A model generated the notes under the pieces. The model saw only the letters and a list, made by a program, of their open reading frames with translations, did no database searches and was not told the DNA's origin. Shown here in pieces: positions 58,895 through 64,000 of a DNA stretch of 64,000 nt. Origin of the DNA: Diadema antillarum (Eukaryota); contig NW_027271069.1 in assembly GCF_040938485.1 (NCBI RefSeq), positions 3,968,001 to 4,032,000 of the forward strand. The letters are read 5' to 3'. How positions within the stretch are numbered: position 1 is the first letter of the stretch; every line of letters starts with the position of its first letter. The position numbers and the translations under genes are program-made.

Positions 58895-61800
58895 TCATTT
58901 TCGACAGTATTTAGCAGTAGCTCCTTTTGGTGTTCTTGCTATATCGATCACTTTGTCAAATATGCGGGTATCGTGATTATCCGGAGTCCACTCTCCAGGT
59001 AGGTTTTTGTATATCAAAATGGAAAGCAGCGAAGCATCGTAACGGTGCTGTCCTACTTTGGATCCTTCCGGCGCGATGCACCTTAATTCCAGCGCGCATT
59101 TGAGCATCGGCTGCATAATGGCTTGCTGGATGACCGAACTGTTGACGTAGAGTTGTCGATTCGCCGCTGGGTAAGCCGCCAGGTCGTTCGATTCGTAGTA
59201 CTTCCGGCGGTCAACGCCAAGTTTTTCATACATGAGAGGATTCGTGAAATAGTACTGGTGTCTAATCTTGTTTTTCTTCTTCGGGTCGAATCCGTGCCAG
59301 TGTGACATGAAGCCGTGGTGCTTGGTGGCGTACGGCACGAGGTCGTTCAGAGAGCGTTTGAAGCGCACCGCAGCATCACCCCAGAAAATGGCGCCAAACT
59401 CCCGCAGTGCTATCTGTATTGACACAAAAAAAAAAATGTAATCTATGTAGAAGAAGTGCATTGGAGAGTGAAAGAATTTGCAAAGTAGCTTCATGCAAGC
59501 AACTCAGGCTACATATTTGCCCAGACAGGGCGAGTTNNNNNNNNNNNNNNNNNNNNNNNNNNNNNNNNNNNNNNNNNNNNNNNNNNNNNNNNNNNNNNNN
59601 NNNNNNNNNNNNNNNNNNNNNNNNNNNNNNNNNNNNNNNNNNNNNNNNNNNNNNNNNNNNNNNNNNNNNNNNNNNNNNNNNNNNNNNNNNNNNNNNNNNA
59701 CCAAACAAGCAGGTAAGCAAGCAAAGACTGTAATTATGCCTATCTACACGAACATTCCTTTATGATTACAATTAGACGCGATTCAAAATATTTGACAATG
59801 TAAAAATAGATATTTAACACTGTGAAGCTATATTTTGTGAAGCAGCTTTTAGATTGGAAATGCATAGCAAGATTTGGGATTACAGGTACGATCGGGATAA
59901 AGTTGCTTGCTTATAAATGCAGGGTAGATGTGCGAGTGTGAACCGGTGTGAACTGACCGCAAAATTTTGGTTGCAGCTCGTTATTCCGATGGTTCGTTAA
60001 TCCGAAAATGAAAAAGGGTTGGATATTCCGAGGATTCATTAATCCGAAAATGAAATTAGGTTCGTTATTCCGAAGGTTCGTTGATCCGAAAATGACATAA
60101 GGTTCGTTATTCCGAACGTCCGTTAATTCGAAAACGAAATAAGGTTCGTTTAATAATCCAAAAATGTAATATGGTTCGTAATTCCGAAGGTTCGTTAATC
60201 CGAAAATGAAATATGGTTCGCTATTCCGAAGGTTTGTTAATCCGAAAATGAAATACGGTTCGCAGATCCGAAAATGAAATAATGCTCGATATTCCGAAAA
60301 TAAAGTAAATTTCTTGAAGTGACAAAATACGGTGTTGAGAAGAATGCCAATCTTATGCGCCCTCACCCCATTTTCTGCGCATTATAGCCTTACATTTATC
60401 AGTAGTCTAGAATTATTCATCATCATAACAATTTAGGAGAGGCACGTTCACTTTGATAAAGGGATGCTTACATGCTCATACTCTCTTTGGACACATAAAC
60501 ACACACGCACGCACACACATACAAACACCCATGTAAACAGGCACACACAAATACATGCAATTCCACACAAACTTCTATCAGCAACGTAAAATGCCGTCGT
60601 AATTTGTCATTTCATTTGTACATGTATACTATTGATGAAAGTAGAGGTATTTTCTCCTCCAGAGGATGAGCTCGCTCTCCCCCCCCCCCTTCTGCTCCTC
60701 TTAATACGAAATGATTACCAATGTTTGGCAACTCTAACATGTCTCAAGCAGAAAAAAAATGATATGCGTGGACTTAGAATAAAAGCTATCAAGCAAATAA
60801 GCAATCAAATATAATCAACAAGCAGATTTCAAATGTAACATCTCTTTTAATAGGCTATTCACTGTGAAGAGTGGAATGTAATCGAAATTGTCCTACCGAT
60901 CACACACTGGGTAAGAAATTATTTTTGCATGAATTCAATGAGAACTTAAATGCAGTTCTCCACTTTTTTGTGTGACATGGTAACACATGGAATTCATGTC
61001 GTTATGGTAACTGACAAAAATGTATAGGCCAGTGCTATGTATCATTTCTAGCTGTCATAAAGTAAAGAAAATTGCGTTAGCACTCCATTATGACAACCTT
61101 TGCCATGACACTATTGTCTTATTACTTTCGCAGGATTCTGAAAAAGTTACAGAGCCATGCTTGCATTCGGTTTAAGCCCAGGATACCAACTGCTACCTAT
61201 ACGCTCTTGTGTTAGACAGTCATCAAAAACACTGAATCTCTTGTGAAGAGAGGAATTTCATGAAACTTGTCCTACCGATCACACACTTTGTCAGAAATGA
61301 TTTTTGTATGAATTCAATGAGAAGTTAAATGAGGTTCTCCTGTTTTAGCGTTCCAAAGAAATGTTTTCTTTCTTTCACTGAAAAGAATGCTTCATCTTTC
61401 TAACCCCCCCCCCCCCACACACACACACACTCACACACACTTCCTCTGCCAGTTCCTCCTGCATGGCTCTGCCGTAGGTCGTTCAATTATCGGGTTAATA
61501 TGAAATGCTGATACCGGTAATGACATTTTTCGCTATGAATCTAGTAATAATTACAGTTGCTATGCGTTATCATCATTGTTACCATCGATAATTATTGCCA
61601 TTACTACCATCAATGTTACTTATTAGTCTTGTCCATTCGTATTGTCGTTACTGTTACATGTATTATTATCAAAATGTGAGGGTGTCTGAAGGTAGGCTAT
61701 AGAAAAATCACACAGTCGATCCCCTACGCTCTAAATTCAGTCGCTCAGGTAAATAATTGTTCAGAGTGAATTAAAATCAAGACTATTCATCTACCTTGCT

Positions 61801-64000
61801 TTACCTGAAAATGATATTATACACGTGTATCATCCTCCCCAGAGACAATATCGAATTTTCATTTCGAAATATCATTCTTTTTTTAAATCACGACAACGTA
61901 TTTTTAATCACAATGAGTTTATTACATTTTCGAAATTACGAACCTCATTTTATTGTTGGATTAACGAACCTTATTTCATTTTCGGATTAATGAGCCTTAT
62001 TTCATTTTCGGATAAACGAGCCTTCGAAATAACAGACCTTATTGCATTTTCGGATTAACGAATCTTAGGAATAACGAACCTTCCGAATAACGGACGCTAT
62101 TTCATTTTCAGATCTACGAACCTTCGGAATAACGAACCCTATTTCATTTTCGGATTAACAAACCTTCGGAATAACGAACCCTATTTCATTTTCAGATTAT
62201 AGAACCTTCGGAATGGCGAATCCTATTTCATTTTCGGATTAACGAACCTTCGGAAACACGCCACAAGTGTTAGAATTAACGAACTCTTTTTCATTTTCGG
62301 ATTAACGAACCCCTAGGTATAGGGAATTTGTGTATTTCGGATTAACGAACCTTCGGAATAACGAACAGCTCCCAAAATTTTGAACTCCACATGAGATTGT
62401 GAGATAGTTACAAGTTCGTGAGTTAAATATGCAATTATTATAGACTAATGCTAAGATTGTTATTCTTAGGCCTTCACTAAAATAGAATATGGAAATTATG
62501 GAAAAGATGCAAAGATATATCATGCAGAGTAATTGTCAAATTTGAGGGAGCTGGTCGCAGTCGCGAGCATCTTCACTTACGTCTAAAATAATCGGCTTCC
62601 AAGCGTAGTTGTGCAGATTCCTCACGTGCTCTGGATACGAATTCCATGGAAATGGACGGACTTCAACATTACATAACTTCTTTACCTGAATAAGGGAAAA
62701 GGAAATTACAGCGAAAAGATTTATGGTTTCATTTAATCTCTTATCATTGATACGTGCGTAAATCGGGGCGTCTATAACATAGTTGTTGTTTTTATTATTT
62801 CTTGGTCTAGTCTTTAGCACATTATCTACAACCTTATCACGAAAGATATAATCAAAATAGTCATGCGCTGAGGTTCGTCACACTACATCGTACATGTCAC
62901 ACTACATTCACTCACACAGCGTGCATAATGCACTTGAAAATGACTAACTGATGTGCATGTATTTCCACCTAAGTCTAATCGCCATGAACCCCCCCCCCCC
63001 CCCCATGAACAAAGAAACGATGCATTCCGATATTGTTATATTCTGACCGGCCTGTTTGTTGTTGTGTTTTTTTTTCGGCATGAAAAAAGCAGAAATAGGA
63101 TTTCACGACAAAACGAATTTTAGACTGTGATGCAAATCAGAAATTGTAAGAATGCTTTGTTGAAATAATTTCCCAATAGGTTCATGAACCATTGCAGGCA
63201 AATTTCAATCCCCATCAATTGGGAGCCGTAAAATGACGCATTAAAGGGGATGGCTAGTAACTGATCAGTGGGAATCAGTGGGAATGCTGGGGGATGATTG
63301 TTCCAGTCCTTGTGGGATTCATTTAAGGGTACACAACCCTGTACATTATAATATCTATTGTTGTGTGAAAATTGTTTGCGTCACAATGGTCTCATATTCA
63401 AGTAATGTGCAGTTTAACGTTTCCAGGTTAGCATGCCTGTACAGTGACGGGGCATTAAACTGCACATTACTTGAATATGAGACCATTCAGAAGCAAATAA
63501 TTTTCACACAACAATAGATAATTACATAATGTACTCTTAAATGAATCCAACAAGAATTGGAACAATCATCCCCAAGCATTCCCACTGATTCCCACTAATA
63601 GGTTACTAGCCATCCCATTTTATCACGCACTGAGAGTAAATTCACAATAAGCTACGGTTTACCCTATTATGAGCAATATCAAACATATTGTGAATTCCCT
63701 GTGCGATATTTAGTTATGAAGGAGATATGAGGAACTGCTGGACCTTCGGGGAAAAAGCGACTACATTGAAAACAATTCTTATACATTATTTGAATAGTTA
63801 ATCCAGAAATCCCAGGATCTCTGCTGGTTAGATAAGTTTTCAGAATTACTCATTTTCTTTTGCGACATTTATCGGTTGTCTCACCGATCGCAAGGTAGTA
63901 GCCTTGATGCCCAGGTCGTAAATGATGATCTTTTTCTCCGGCATCTTCTTCTGCGCAGAAGCAATGAAGGGGAGTGCCTCCCTGTAGTGATTATCGGAGA
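58895..64000 (-). CDS. DUF1647-like protein, paralog 2 (5' end outside the window)
   Basis: Exons >64000-63885 (SDNHYREALPFIASAQKKMPEKKIIIYDLGI), 62685-62581 (105 nt, YAWKPIILD) and 59413-58895 (519 nt, FWGDAAVR...HRYDASLL). Exon lengths and phases match paralog 1. Confidence 0.8.
59537..59699. other. Assembly gap (163 N)
   Basis: N run. Confidence 1.
59960..62382. repeat. Foldback-like structure: two inverted arms of a ~41-bp minisatellite around a ~1.6 kb loop
   Basis: Left arm (59960-60300) units GGTTCGTTATTCCGAAGGTTCGTTAATCCGAAAATGAAATA; right arm (61929-62382) is the reverse complement. Both outer ends carry CAAAATTTTG. Confidence 0.75.
63245..63617. mobile_element. Almost fully palindromic Kolobok-like MITE
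   Basis: TTAA|AGGGGATGGCTAGTAAC ... GTTACTAGCCATCCC; arms about 170 bp with a spacer of about 35 bp. Confidence 0.8.

Noticed and set aside
56545-59765. ORFs containing X runs
   Set aside because: They are artefacts of the two N gaps and adjacent microsatellites.
59911-60366. 151-aa ORF with a repeating FIFGLTNLRN.EP peptide
   Set aside because: It is a translation of the minisatellite within an intron, with no splice or domain support.
59960-62382. CRISPR-like repeat-spacer array
   Set aside because: The units are contiguous tandem minisatellite copies without unique spacers, the context is a spliced eukaryotic gene, and there are no cas genes.

Overview
Eukaryotic, AT-rich, intron-containing DNA. 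The repeat content suggests a marine invertebrate, probably a sea urchin (inference). Bases 1-21 kb contain no host gene. They are a mosaic of decayed transposon pieces: Harbinger x2, an I/Jockey-type LINE ORF1, a 3.5-copy tandem array of a 2.2-2.8 kb unit carrying Academ-like transposase and P-element/THAP9-C-terminal-like fragments, DD41D mariner x2, CR1/L2, a Helentron-type HINE, a Kolobok-like piece, and a Gypsy integrase plus LTR. Every recognisable coding fragment there lies on the + strand. Four host genes follow, and their exons join in frame: IPPK (minus, 12 coding exons, 461 aa), an EPHX4-like epoxide hydrolase (plus, 6 exons, 336 aa, divergent from IPPK), and two tandem DUF1647-like type II membrane proteins (minus, identical exon structure, the second truncated by the window edge). 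Introns hold many MITEs, a TIR-bounded element with a tRNA-Ala-like cassette, and a foldback-like minisatellite inverted repeat. There are two assembly gaps. All family assignments come from manual translation and recalled motifs, not from database searches.
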